From Lingula anatina (taxonomy: Eukaryota; Animalia; Brachiopoda): 64,000 nucleotides of DNA. Positions 1-11,350 of this stretch are shown here, in pieces (position 1 is the first letter of the stretch; each line of letters opens with the position of its first letter). The notes below the pieces were generated by a model that was not told the DNA's origin, did not search any database, and was given only the letters and a program-made list of their open reading frames with translations. Made by a program: the position numbers and the translations under genes. The stretch covers positions 17,922,848-17,986,847 of the forward strand of contig CM120643.1 of assembly GCA_051362555.1 (NCBI GenBank), written 5' to 3'.

Positions 1-486
1 CACCAGTCATTCTTTTTGTTAAGATAATATTGTTAATGATAATAATGATTTTTAATATGATAGAAATAGTAACCATGATAATGATGCTAATAATAATATT
101 GTCAAAGGTGCTCTACCAAGAGTTTAAATACCTGTTACAATGGGTTTTATATTTAGAAGACAGGATCTATACTATAGTAAAGTAAAGATTTCTTTTAAAA
201 ACAACAGCCTAGTGCCTTTAAGTCATTCTGTCCTGGGCCATTCATTTATTAACTACTTTTAGCGACTCAAATATCATACTGTTGACTTTTCATCTATGTC
301 TTCTTTTATTTTAGGCGTTTAATCATTTATAACATCTGAATTGGGAAAGATAAATAGTTTTGCCAAATAAGTCAACAAAGAAAGAATGATTTTCAAAGTT
401 TGGGACATTTTAAGATGTAAGGTAAACATTTAAAAAGTAATCCCCACTGTAAATTGATTGTTAAGACTATTTTGTTTATTAAACAG

Positions 487-733
487 GAAAAGAAAAGGAG
501 GAATAAAACTTGAAGATGAAGACAAGGATGGCAAAGAGGATGATGAGCAACAAGAGTCTAACATTGCAGAAGAAATGAAAAAAGAACAAGAAGATGTCAA
601 AGAACTGAAAGAAAAGCAAAAAGCAGATGATCTATGGGCTAGTTTTTTAAGTGACGTTGGGCAAAAACCCAAGCCAAAACCAGCTTCTGTCCCTTCAGGC
701 CTGGGATCTCTTTCCTCAGTGACAAGTATAAAG
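487..733 (+). CDS. CFDP1: CFDP1 exon (acidic region, LWASFL motif)
   Basis: Acceptor aaacag|g at 486/487; donor AAG|gtgtg at 733/734. Confidence 0.88.
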
Positions 734-2944
734 GTGTGTTAGCATGAAAATAGGGGGAGTTAGTTCAAAGTTCTTATATCTCAGATACCTACAAGATTTC
801 CATGTATTCTTTGTGAGTGGTGGACGTTAATTTGTATGTTTTTTAAGGAAATTTATTGAAATCATGATCAGAATCCCTTTCAAGTGTTGTTTCCAGTAGT
901 TAACCTCCAAAAGCTTAAACATAAAACTAGATTACAAAATTTTGAAGAATTTTGACAACTTGAGTAATGAAAACAAAAAATTCCCCTTATTGCTATTCCT
1001 TTGTTTAACATATTTTTTTTCTTTTTTTACTTTCATTTTTATGTGTAGCCTAAATCAGTTGAGTCTGCAGCAGAGTTGAAAGCCTCACCTCCTGAAAACA
1101 CTGCATCCAAAGAGAGTGGCCCTCAGAAAATCACAGTGACCAAAGTGTTTGACTTTGCTGGAGAGGAAGTCAAGTGAGTCACCAATCAGTAAATATAGGC
1201 TGTTTTAATAGCCTTATTATTTACTTTTTCAGTATGTGATTTAACATGCAGTTGTCAAGATCCTAATATTTGTCACACTGGGCTGATAGTGTCATGTTTT
1301 GACCATTTGTACATCCTTAGCGATTTTTATGCCGTTTTTTATTGGGATTACTAAAAACTCCACATGGACACTTTGAAATGTGAAAATTTGTTTTAGTCCT
1401 TTTAATGTTTTTAGTTGGGCAGTGTACATATTTATTTTTAGCTTTTGGCAAGGAAAAAATCATTCCAAAATATTTGACCAAGTTATTATTATACAGTGGC
1501 AAGTTATGCAGTGAGTCTGCTGTGTATGATAAGGAATATCAAAACTCTCCTTTTGTTTCTTCATTTCAGGGTCACAAAAGAAATTGAGGTCGATTCTAAA
1601 GAAGGTAAAAAAGAGTTAGAAAGAATGGAAAAGGAAAAGAGCACTGATGTCTCAAAACCAGGGTAAGTGACAATATCTTAAAATTGCATTTTTATGACAA
1701 CTTCAGTGAATAGATTGCGCATTTAGTGCATAATTCTTGTTAGTAAAATTTCAATAAAATTTGTGTGCAATAGTTTCAGATATATTTACGTGTAATGTCT
1801 TTTATTTAATTTGATTGTATTCAGAATGAAGAGACCCATGGGTTTGGGAAGTGTTCTTGGGAAGATTGGGAAGAAACCAAAACTAAGTACTTTGGTAAGA
1901 ACAGGTCTTTAAATCTTGAGAAGAAATAGAAGTCGAGGTCTATGGGAAGTGCCAGAGTCTTCAAAATCTTCTGGAAAAAAGTCAGAAACGGGTGTTTATA
2001 GCAGAGACTTGTCAGGATAAACCTGAATTTCCAGAGCTTTATGGTTTAAAAACTTTAAAACATTATGTCATCTTGAGTTCTCTTCAAGTCATTATCTTTC
2101 ATATTGTAATTTGTATGCAAGTTCATCCGTCTGGTATTGTTTTATATCCTTTACTTAAGAAATGCAGTACAAGAGTGTATTTTCAAAAAGTGTACTGCAT
2201 TTTCAAAAGGAGTGTATTTTCAAAAGGAGTGAATAGATACATTTTACTAACACTTTCTTTTTATGATGATTATTTTAGACCAAGTCAGCATTGGATTGGA
2301 ATAAATTTAAGACAGAAGAAGGGATAGAAGAGGAGCTGCAGATCCACAATAGAGGGAAATCTGGGTATGTTTCTTCATGAATATTTTGCATACTGAGATG
2401 AGCAGAGTGTGAGAAAAAGGAAGGGGTTATTTAGCCCATATTTCCCCTAATTCTGAACTTAACTAATAAAAACCAAACACTGTCTAAATTTTCAAGGCTG
2501 TTAAAATATTAAGATTTAAATAAAAACTTAAATAATTCCGGCAGCATTTTCATGTTTGAGTAGCATGAGTATTTGGTAGGATGAAACTGTTAAAAAAAGT
2601 CATCATAGTAATAATAATTATAGAACATTCTAAGAAATTACCAAAATGATGCAGCGTGTAATTGCAGTGTTTTATAAATAATTTTAAATTGTGGAATGGA
2701 TTTGGTTTGTATGAAAATCAATGCATTTTTACCTAAGAGAAAAAGTTCGATGATAAGGAGTATTATGGAACATTTACAGAATAGTTATGGTTTTTGTTTA
2801 CATGCTAAAATTATTATCATTTTAACACCTTTCAGGTACTTAGAACGGCAAGCATTCCTACAAAGGACAGATCTGAGACAGTTTGAACTGGAAAAAGACA
2901 TGAGATTAAAGAATAGCAAAAGATTTGCCCCTCCAGATAAATGA
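487..2944 (+). CDS. CFDP1: Craniofacial development protein 1 (BCNT/Swc5 family), 3' portion; 6 coding exons in window, 5' exons upstream
   Basis: Exons 487-733, 1049-1173, 1570-1662, 1825-1894, 2279-2364 and 2836-2944 are all AG/GT bounded with compatible phases. The spliced protein has an acidic/basic region, [35 protein letters not shown] and the BCNT-C domain ([60 protein letters not shown]). Stop TGA ends at 2944. Confidence 0.95.
1049..1173 (+). CDS. CFDP1: CFDP1 exon (VFDFAGEEV motif)
   Basis: tgtag|cct ... gtcaa|gtgag; encodes PKSVES...[15 protein letters not shown]. Confidence 0.9.
1570..1662 (+). CDS. CFDP1: CFDP1 exon
   Basis: tttcag|g ... ccagg|gtaag; encodes [17 protein letters not shown]... 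Confidence 0.9.
1825..1894 (+). CDS. CFDP1: CFDP1 exon
   Basis: ttcag|a ... ttg|gtaag; encodes [23 protein letters not shown]. Confidence 0.9.
2279..2364 (+). CDS. CFDP1: CFDP1 exon (BCNT-C)
   Basis: ttttag|acc ... ctgg|gtatg; encodes [28 protein letters not shown]. Confidence 0.92.
2836..2944 (+). CDS. CFDP1: CFDP1 terminal coding exon
   Basis: tttcag|g; encodes [35 protein letters not shown]. Confidence 0.92.
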
Positions 2945-4296
2945 GCAATAACATAGTCACAACAATTACATTAACCTGCTCATGTTACTGCTTTTCAAGT
3001 GGAAAATGAAAGAGATGCTACACAGTAGGATCACCTAAGAATCAATGAATTGCATACTTGTAAAAGATGAGAGACACCCCTTTACCACCGCCAAAAAGTG
3101 ATTTCATATTGTCATTATAGACCTTTTTCTTTACCAGTTTGGTCAAAGGTTTTGCACCTTTTTTGTCCAGAGCAGAAATCATGGTCCATGAAAGATAATT
3201 GATATGACTGTGTGAGACAATTTTAAGGTTGATTTGAGGAACTTATTTCCCAAATTTTTGCCCCCCGAATTTTTTGAAGAAGATTTCTCAGATACAGGTA
3301 ATTTTTTTCCAATTTTTTCCTGAATTTATTATAGAAGACTTTTCAGATGCAGAAAATTTTTTCCAGATTTTTTTTTGTAAAAGTGTTTATCAAGTGCAAC
3401 TTTTTTCATTGATACGTCCTTTTTTTAGGTGCATTTATATTGAAGTATGAATGACTTTGAATACTGTCTGATTGTTGTTCGGCTCCTGGAGCATAGTTGT
3501 ATTGCATCTCTGTGGTTATAAAGATATACAAATGTGTAACTTGGTATTTCATTTTATCATTTGGTTACATCACATTTTTTATTCCCTTCAAAATTCAGAA
3601 TTAAATTGTAGACACTTTTTATTGTGCTACAAAACAAAACCTGTTGTTGCAGGTTTCATTAATAACAACAGAAATTGTCCAAATGCACTTGGCATTCCAT
3701 AAAGAAACTGGTGAAACAATTAAGCTCTGCTGTAAAGAAAACTTGTTATAAAGAAAAAAGTGATGCTTCTTAAATGTGATCAGCAAAGCTATACATGGTT
3801 ATTGTTATTATTATTTTTATCATTAAACTCAATTGACCTTTTGTGTTATGCTTATTTTGTAACTTGGTGAATACATAAAACGAATGAAAATATCTTGATC
3901 TTTATTATTTTTCCCTGTGTTTGAATTATGCTTTCCGTTTAAGCAATATGAATCGACAGCTCTTTCAAATAAATGTAACAAAATTAAAAACGCATCAAAT
4001 ATTAACATGAGTATTCGGGCTCTACCATTCTTGTTGCATTATATTTACGGCACTGCTGCAGTGCTGATACAATATTATAGTAAATTCCCCCCCCCCCCCC
4101 CCCCCCCCCCAACCATCAATACAGCCGCCAAACCGAGAGTACAATCTCAAAACACTTGCATACATGAGGTGATAATCTTTCTAAACAAGCATAATGTATC
4201 CTTTGGCAAACGAAGAAAATCTTTTTCAGAAAAAATGGCCATATTCTATCCCGTCTTTTGACTAAAGCTTGTTTGTTTAGCTTGACGATAGATTGA

Positions 4297-4431
4297 CCAA
4301 TGAAAACGCATATTTTTGTTCAGTGCGGTGAGCAAAGCCAACTTCCGCACATATGAATAGCTTACAGTAGTCAGCAGTAGTGTGAAAACCTGATTCCAGT
4401 GGGAAATTCCAATGACTTATATTACGTAAGT
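4297..4431 (+). promoter_or_regulatory. Putative promoter / non-coding first exon of the ROCO gene, with NF-kB, CCAAT, ETS and AP-1-like motifs
   Basis: CCAAT at 4297-4301, ACTTCCG (ETS) at 4341-4347, GGGAAATTCC (matches GGGRNNYYCC) at 4401-4410, TGACTTA at 4413-4419, and a donor-like GTAAGT at 4426-4431. A likely acceptor atttag| lies at 5236, upstream of the ATG at 5396. Confidence 0.45.
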
Positions 4432-5395
4432 TTTCTTGTAAGTAGATATTTATGATTCTGACTTGAAGCTAGTCATCTCTCGATAGCGGGTCATCTCAGT
4501 TTGAAAAAATTTTAATAAGATTTGATACTGTGATTACCGTTTTTATTTGCTAAGTTTCTTCAACGAAAATCTTTTCCTGGGCCATAATGAATAAGATTGT
4601 TATAATCAGTAATATTACATCTCTGTCTGTCAATATACGTTTAAAGAAACCACAGCTGATATATGATAGACATGTACCATCGTTCATGTAGCAACTTCAG
4701 TCTGCGTGTGAAAATGTACTCAAATATTTATTGTTATTATTTACATCTTAGAAATTTATCAGAAATATTGCTGATAAAGATAAATGTGTGCATACCATGC
4801 CTTATATTTTATCTATGGATGCAGTTTCATGTGTCACTTAACCTACATTGTACACATACAGTTTTTAACTGATTGTGACACAATGAGATATTAACATTTA
4901 ATGATCTTAATCTGTAATTATCCTCCCAGATATTTATTTATTTTATTGCAAATAACAAACCATTTAGCTGGAGTGTTCTGCAATTTGATTTATGTTTTAT
5001 CTGACTGTCTCCTGCAGTTTTCAATCAATTTCAGCAAAATCTTACAGGCATACAGTTTTGGTTAAGGCCTACATTTTGCAAGTACAGAAGCCTGTACTTA
5101 TGGACCTGTAAAAGGCTGAATGTAATTAGTTCTTGAATACTCTCTCTAATTTTTCTCTCCATTTTTTCCCTTTGTTTATATAATTTGCAACAATTTTGTA
5201 AGATTTAAATTTCCATTTTGGTGTCTATTTATTTAGGTAGACCATTGAAGTAAAGTAGATATATTCTGTCTTGGCTAGTCTAACTCAACACAATGATTTT
5301 CCACTCCACGAGAAAAAAACCCATGTGGGCTCAGGATCCACCACAAATAAAAAGCAAATGTGTTATAGACTGGTAAATATTACTGATGACAAACC

Positions 5396-7486
5396 ATGGA
5401 CCAGAAGCAAGTCAAGGCAGGAAAAGAGAGTCTTATCATCCTGGAGAAACTTCAAGACACCTGCCCTTCAAGAACACCTGTTAGTGTGCTAGAGTGGACT
5501 CTGATAGACTACGATAATGCAGACATTGAGGTCATCCCTGAATCCATTAAATGGTGTTTCAACGTGAGGAAGATTTATGGACAACGCAATAAGCTTTCTT
5601 CTCTACCACAGTCTATTTCTGATTTGCAATTTCTCAAAGAGCTTTGGCTGGGAAACAACCGGTTTGAGGACTTTCCGTCATCAGTGTGTGATGTAACTCT
5701 CCTGGAGTTACTGGATCTAAGTGGAAACCAACTACTTAAGATTCCGAGAGATATCAACAGGTTGCGCAATCTTAGGAGTTTGTATCTCAGTAACAACAAG
5801 TTCACAGATTTCCCCACGGCTGTTTGTGGCATCAGAAAGCTAGAAGAGCTACAACTTGACAATAATCAACTATCACAAATCCCAGACTCTGTGCAACAGA
5901 TGGATAATCTCCACATTTTAGAACTTGGAAATAACGATTTCAATGCAATTCCAGACCATATATGTTCAATTCCAAACTTGGAAAAGTTATTCATGGAAAA
6001 CAATGTCATAACACACATTCCTGCCAGCATTGGAAATTTACAGAAACTGAATAAACTCAAGCTGGATCAAAACAAAATCACTCATCTACCCCACGAGCTT
6101 GTGTCTGCCAAAAATCTTCTAGATATTCACTTGCATGATAACCCCCTTGTGGAGCCCCCTGAATCAGTTTGTTCTAAAGGGCTGGAGGCCATAGGAAGGT
6201 ACTTTCATGAGCTCAAAGACAGCAAAGCTGTCCAGTCCAGCAGAATTCAGTTAAATTTGCTGGGGGAAACAGGCAGTGGGAAAACCAGTGTTTCACTTTC
6301 TCTGCAACGCGACAAGCCCACTCTCACTGCACAAGCCGACCGGACCAGAGTAATAGCGCAGGGTTCCTGCGAAACTCGGCCAGATATTGCCTTTAACATC
6401 AACGACTTTGGAGGACATGACGTGTACAAGGTTAGTCACCCAATCTTCATATCAAAGAATGGCATCGTGCTAATCGCTTTCAACTTGGTTACGTATAACC
6501 TGAGCAACCCGGATCACTACAGACTCTACATTGGAGATTGGATTGACAAAGTACAGGCGCAGACTCCAGGCATGAGGATTGCCCTTCTGGGAACACATTT
6601 CGATGAAGTAAGCACAGAGGCTGCAAAGACGATACGCCAAGCTGTTCTGGAACAAATGAAACAGCACATGGAAGAGAAGAAGAGGTGGTTGAAAACCCAA
6701 GTGTCAAACATTGATGAGAAGATTGAAGATTTACAGCAGAGTCCAGAGCAGGAGGAGATAATTCAGGCTTACAGAGTGAAACAAGGCAGGTTGTCCAAGG
6801 CAGCCAACCATGTGGTGGACGTTTGTGACCATGTCTTTATGGTCAGCTCTAAGACCATGGAGGGGTATCCTCAGCTCAAGGAGTACCTGTCCAATCAAGC
6901 CCAAAGGTGGGCTGTCAGCCTTCCAGGAACTTGGGTCCAAGCTGCCAATGCCATCCGCATCCAGAAATATGAAAATTCCAACAATACCCTTGACTGGGTT
7001 GCTCTGCAGGAGGTCATTTCCCAGCATGCACCAAGATCATGGCAGAAGAGAAGCCCAGCTGAGAAGCGAGTAGTCATTTGTGACATTCTTAGTTTTCTTG
7101 CCAGCCGTGGTGATATTATCTGGTTCGACACCAGCCCCACTTTGGCGAGGGTCATCTTCCACAAACAGGAGATCCTCGCTGGCCTGCTCAAGGCTGTGCT
7201 GAACCACGACCTGGAGCACCTTATGGTCAAGCTGCTGCGCCCACTCAAAATGAGCCGTCCAAGATTGGAGGACATCAGGGAGGACTTTGCGATCAGAGGG
7301 ATAGTGTCCAAAGATGTGATGAAGTGCCTCTGGGGACAGTTTCACCTGTCCTCGGTGGAGACAGAAGTCCTGGTGGAGCTCCTGCAGCAGCTGGAGCTGT
7401 GCTACCAAGTGGAGAAGGGAACTGCTGTGACTCCAGACACAACCTTTCATTTCCCGTGGTTACTGACTGAAGACAGGCAGCAGGAG
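5396..7486 (+). CDS. ROCO gene coding exon 1 (LRR, Roc, COR-A)
   Basis: 697 open codons; donor GAG|gtaatt at 7486/7487, after which the sequence becomes AT-rich. Confidence 0.92.
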
Positions 7487-9840
7487 GTAATTGTATTTAA
7501 ATTTAGTACACTTTATGTTAGAAATGGTTTACTTTTACAGTTTTTTACTATTTGTTTAAGTGTGGGTTGCGCATGCTTGCACTAATAATCTTACAGATAT
7601 TTATTAAAGTTTTTGATAGCTATCTATTCTGAAATGTTTTATGCCATAAATATTTCACCAGATAACGCATCAATTTATAACAGTTTAAGTAGACTTATTT
7701 GCAAATCTGTCCTCTTTATCTTTCCACTTAAACAGAAACAAATTAATTTTTTTCTTAAAACTGCTTTACGTAATTGTTTTTTTGAACTATCAAAATATTG
7801 CAGAGGCTACTTATGGATAGCAATGATTTTTCTCTATATATTGACCCATCCAACAGACAAGGACAAACATTCTGATATTATATTCAATTATATTTTTGCA
7901 TTTTTTTCACTATGCTAGTTGGAGGAAAAGTGGCCAAGATGTCTTCCACAAGATCTCATACAAGTCACATTGGAAGTTTATTTCCCATACAAATGCCCAG
8001 ATGGCATGTTCGAGAAATTCTCTGTCCGCCAACACAACTACCTGGGCTTCTACAAATCCCATAGGATGGACTGGAAAGATGGTTTGTATGCCCAAGTCAG
8101 AGGCTGCCGCATCCAGATCTCACGCAGTCAGAGGGAATCTGATTGGGTGATCACTGTAGCCATCCGTGGGAGGAACATAGAGGATCTGTGGCCGCCGCTT
8201 CACCGTGCTCACAGCGATTTGATGAGCGTTATTCAGGAGGACTGGCCTGGGGTGTCATATGACAAGTTCCTGGTTTGTCCTCACTGTGTTAAAGAAGGCT
8301 TTAACAGACCCCACCTCTTCCCTGGAGAGTTGCTAGACAGACCCCCACCCATCAGTGGAGAAGATGCCGATGTCCCATGTAGAAACTGTGATGATCTTAT
8401 TGATGCTGGGTTGGTGTATCCAGCTACAAAAGCTGAGATTTGCCACAAAGGTAAGGACATTGGCAACAGAGGTAGGCTGTTTGTCACAAGTACTGTAGGC
8501 CATTTCCCACATGGGCATTTTCTGATGTACAAGATTTTATAATTTTCATGATGAAAATTGATATTTATATGTAAGCAAAGTGAGAGTGTTTTTACTGTAA
8601 CTGTAATCAGTCACTTAGTAAACCCTTAACTTATTACAATGCATAATATATTTTACAGATTCATTATCAAATTTTTTATTTCATTAAAAAAATTCATACA
8701 TTCTGGCATGAACCAAACATGCTAATTAAATAATTGACTAATGAACTATAATTTCAGAAATATTGCTTTTTTCCTTTTCATAACTTTAAATCCGCTTTAG
8801 GTCTTACTAACAGTTTTGGGATCAATAATTTTGGTAATATTGACTAAAATGATAAGTAATACAACTATTTTTATTTGCTGAATTGATTATAACATCTTGA
8901 ATGTTTCTTTAAATGACCATGTAATAATTTTTCCCAATTTCCAGTATTACTCCAAAACCGAGACATTTTGATAGAAAACATCACAGAGGCATGTCTACGC
9001 GACATACTGAACGTCCTCCAGCAGGAGGAGATTATCACGAACCGGGAAGCTGAGACTGTGAAAGCCGAACCATCTTCTCCAGTTTCAGACGCACCTCCTC
9101 CGTCCATCAGAAAACCATCAGCAAGTGGGAAGATGTCAGGTCAGAAATCTCTCAGCAGTCGATATCCAAAATTCAATGGTCCAGCTGTTTCCCCAAGCAA
9201 GACTTCAATGGGAAATGCCAGGAAAATGCGGCCCACTTTGGCAGTGGAGAAAACGTCTCGTGTGGTGGCGTTGGGCGGCACTGCCGTGCTGCTGGACATA
9301 CTGGGTACAAGAGACGAAAAAGCTCTGTGCTGCCTGTGTGACTGTTTGGAGAGAAATGGACAGGGAGGTCTAGTTGCTCAGATACAGTAAGTCTTCTTTG
9401 ATAATTGATGAAACATACGGTGCCTTATTTTAATAGATTACATTTTTTTCTCATTTATATAGAGCAATGCAGTCTATGTGAGATGATGGTGAAAATATAT
9501 TATATCACACTTTACAGGAAAAAAAATCCCATTTGTTTCTCCTCATTGTTTTGGTCTGCTCCCTTTCCCCTTACACCTTGTTCATTTTTCAGAAGTATTT
9601 CAGGGAAATAAATATAAAATGATAATAAAACAACATATTTCTGACTTAATTCAAATATTGTATCAGATTTTCCTTTTCATTTTTAATGAATCATTGATTT
9701 TAATTGTTCTGTACAAAGCAGTGTGATTTTTTTTCCCAAGCTGTCCTCTCAACTTTGCTGTTTGTTTATATTTCAGGTCCTCTACAGTATATTTCCCAAG
9801 GGACTGCAGCACAGACAGATTTGCTTCCAAACCTTGCTGA
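5396..9840 (+). CDS. MFHAS1/MASL1-like ROCO protein: LRR - Roc GTPase - COR - Cys4 zinc-binding motif - C-terminal CARD-like death-fold domain (~1042 aa)
   Basis: Exons 5396-7486, 7919-8450, 8945-9386 and 9777-9840. Strong Kozak context ACCATGG. About 9-10 LRRs of 23 aa. Roc motifs G1 GETGSGKT, G3 DFGG, G4 GTHFD. COR segment with HFPWLL. CPHC...CRNC motif. CARD-like tail LLQNRDILIENI...ILNVLQQEEIITNREAETV...AVLLDILGTRDEKALCCLCDCLERNGQGGL. Confidence 0.88.
7919..8450 (+). CDS. ROCO gene coding exon 2 (COR-B, CxxC...CxxC)
   Basis: gctag|ttg ... aaag|gtaag; phase 0 to phase 1. Confidence 0.9.
8945..9386 (+). CDS. ROCO gene coding exon 3 (CARD-like domain with insertion)
   Basis: ttccag|ta continues the frame; ends ca|gtaagt. 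If unspliced, there is an in-frame TAA at 9388-9390. Confidence 0.85.
9777..9840 (+). CDS. ROCO gene probable terminal exon (SSTVYFPRDCSTDRFASKPC*)
   Basis: Polypyrimidine tract plus tttcag|g at 9776/9777, phase-compatible with the donor at 9386; TGA at 9838-9840. Confidence 0.6.
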
Positions 9841-11158
9841 CATTTCACTGTTGTGCCAGTACAATTAAATGGACAGGTGCTTAAGTGCTAAAAAGTTGAA
9901 TTGCTGGGGACTTCCATATTATATGTACGGTGATTATTCAATCTTTTCAAAGAGGAAAAATTGTGAATTTTACAGATACTGTATTTTTTAAGTCATAGTT
10001 TCTTAAAATTAAGACATTCCTATTGCATGGTAGCAACAAAACTGGCTACTCTATCATGCTGTTCAGTGCAGTGAAAGCACCACAAATGCCACATAAAAAT
10101 ATAAATTTTGTGATCATAAAATTATATCTGAAAGTTTGATCACTTTTGCCCATTGAAAAGATTGAGTAAATACCTTATTATATATTTTAAAAGATTCACA
10201 AAATTGCCAAAAAGAGAGAGAGAGAAATACACACACGAGGGTCCACTGACGCTGGCAAACCCAGATTACCAGTTAAGTAAGGGCCGGCATAATTTTTTTC
10301 CGTCCTCTCCCCTATTTATCTCTCTCCCACCCACCCTCCTTATAAGTGACATTTTTAATTGATTATACAGGAGTTTGTGAAAAAGATTGCTTTGGATTGC
10401 AATTTAGCTAGTGGGTAATGCTGTTCAGTATATTAGGTTTAAAATAATTTCAAAAGGAGGAGTCACTTTATATTTTTGGGGGAGCATTTTTGTTTCTTTA
10501 ATTTGTTGTATTTCAAAGGGGTAAAACATTTTTATGGCCCATTATTTTGCCTTTTGGCTCTTTTTTTATCTCTTTTTTAAGACGTGACAGGACAAGTCAA
10601 GAAGTACTTCGTTTTTTAAAGGTAGCCATAAGTCCATGACAAATATGCACATATTATAGATGAACTTATATTTACATTTCTATATAGATACTCATCACCT
10701 TTTATTTTTAGAAATTTCATGTTGAACAGCAGTTTAAAAAGTATGTAAATAACTTTGGGGGACAAGTTTAGAGTTTAGTGACCAATCATATTAGTTCAGT
10801 GATGTAAACCAGTTCATCTCAGTTTAGTGAGCATACATTCAGATATTATATTTTTTCAGTAAGGTCTTTTGTGGTTTTAGAGTGAAAATTGCTAACATTT
10901 TCAAGGGAGTTTTTTCCCCAAAATCTTTAACCATCTGTCATGTCATTACACCATTGAGTGCCTTTGAATTCTTGGTTTATTTTCATATCTATGCCAGCCT
11001 TGCAGTCCAGTTTAAAACAGTATTATCACAATATTTTTAGGAATTTTACAGATTCTATATTTTACAAACTGCTGGAACATTGTCTTTCTAAAGCAGAGTA
11101 ATTTATTTTACAGTAATTTTTAAAAAATGTATAATTGATAAACAGTGAAATACCTCAG

Positions 11159-11350
11159 TAAGACCCCATTCCCATAGATTTTAGATCACTAGACTACTGT
11201 CAGCTTAGCCGGCTTAAGCGTCTGTCCCGCCTACTAAAAGCTGTAAGGGGGTAATTAACTATGGTGCGCGCTCGGCTGACTGCAATTTAGCAAGAACCCC
11301 CAGGGAGTTAGGTCGATCTATATCTAAATCTCTGGGAATGCACCCTAAGA
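11159..11350. mobile_element. MITE with imperfect terminal inverted repeats (PIF/Harbinger-like)
   Basis: Left end cattcccatagattttagatc matches the reverse complement of the right end, cttagggtgcattcccagagatttagat. TAA/TTA lies next to the GGGTGCATTC terminus. The 28-bp right end recurs identically at 22145-22172. Confidence 0.6.

Noticed and set aside
2170-3400. Short degenerate tandem repeats (about 2173-2231 in an intron; about 3250-3375 in the CFDP1 3' UTR)
   Set aside because: Ordinary local duplications with no spacer structure; not CRISPR-like, and the sequence is eukaryotic.
3917-4261. Poly-proline ORF (similar ones at 28787, 30252, 42797, 47063)
   Set aside because: These are translations of C homopolymers in non-coding DNA.
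7487-7585. C-terminal extension of the 729-aa ORF (VIVFKF...CACLH)
   Set aside because: This is intron read-through after the GAG|GTAATT donor; the COR domain continues at 7919.
5575-8532. Many antisense and off-frame ORFs over the ROCO gene
   Set aside because: They are shadows of a long coding sequence and contain no recognisable motifs.
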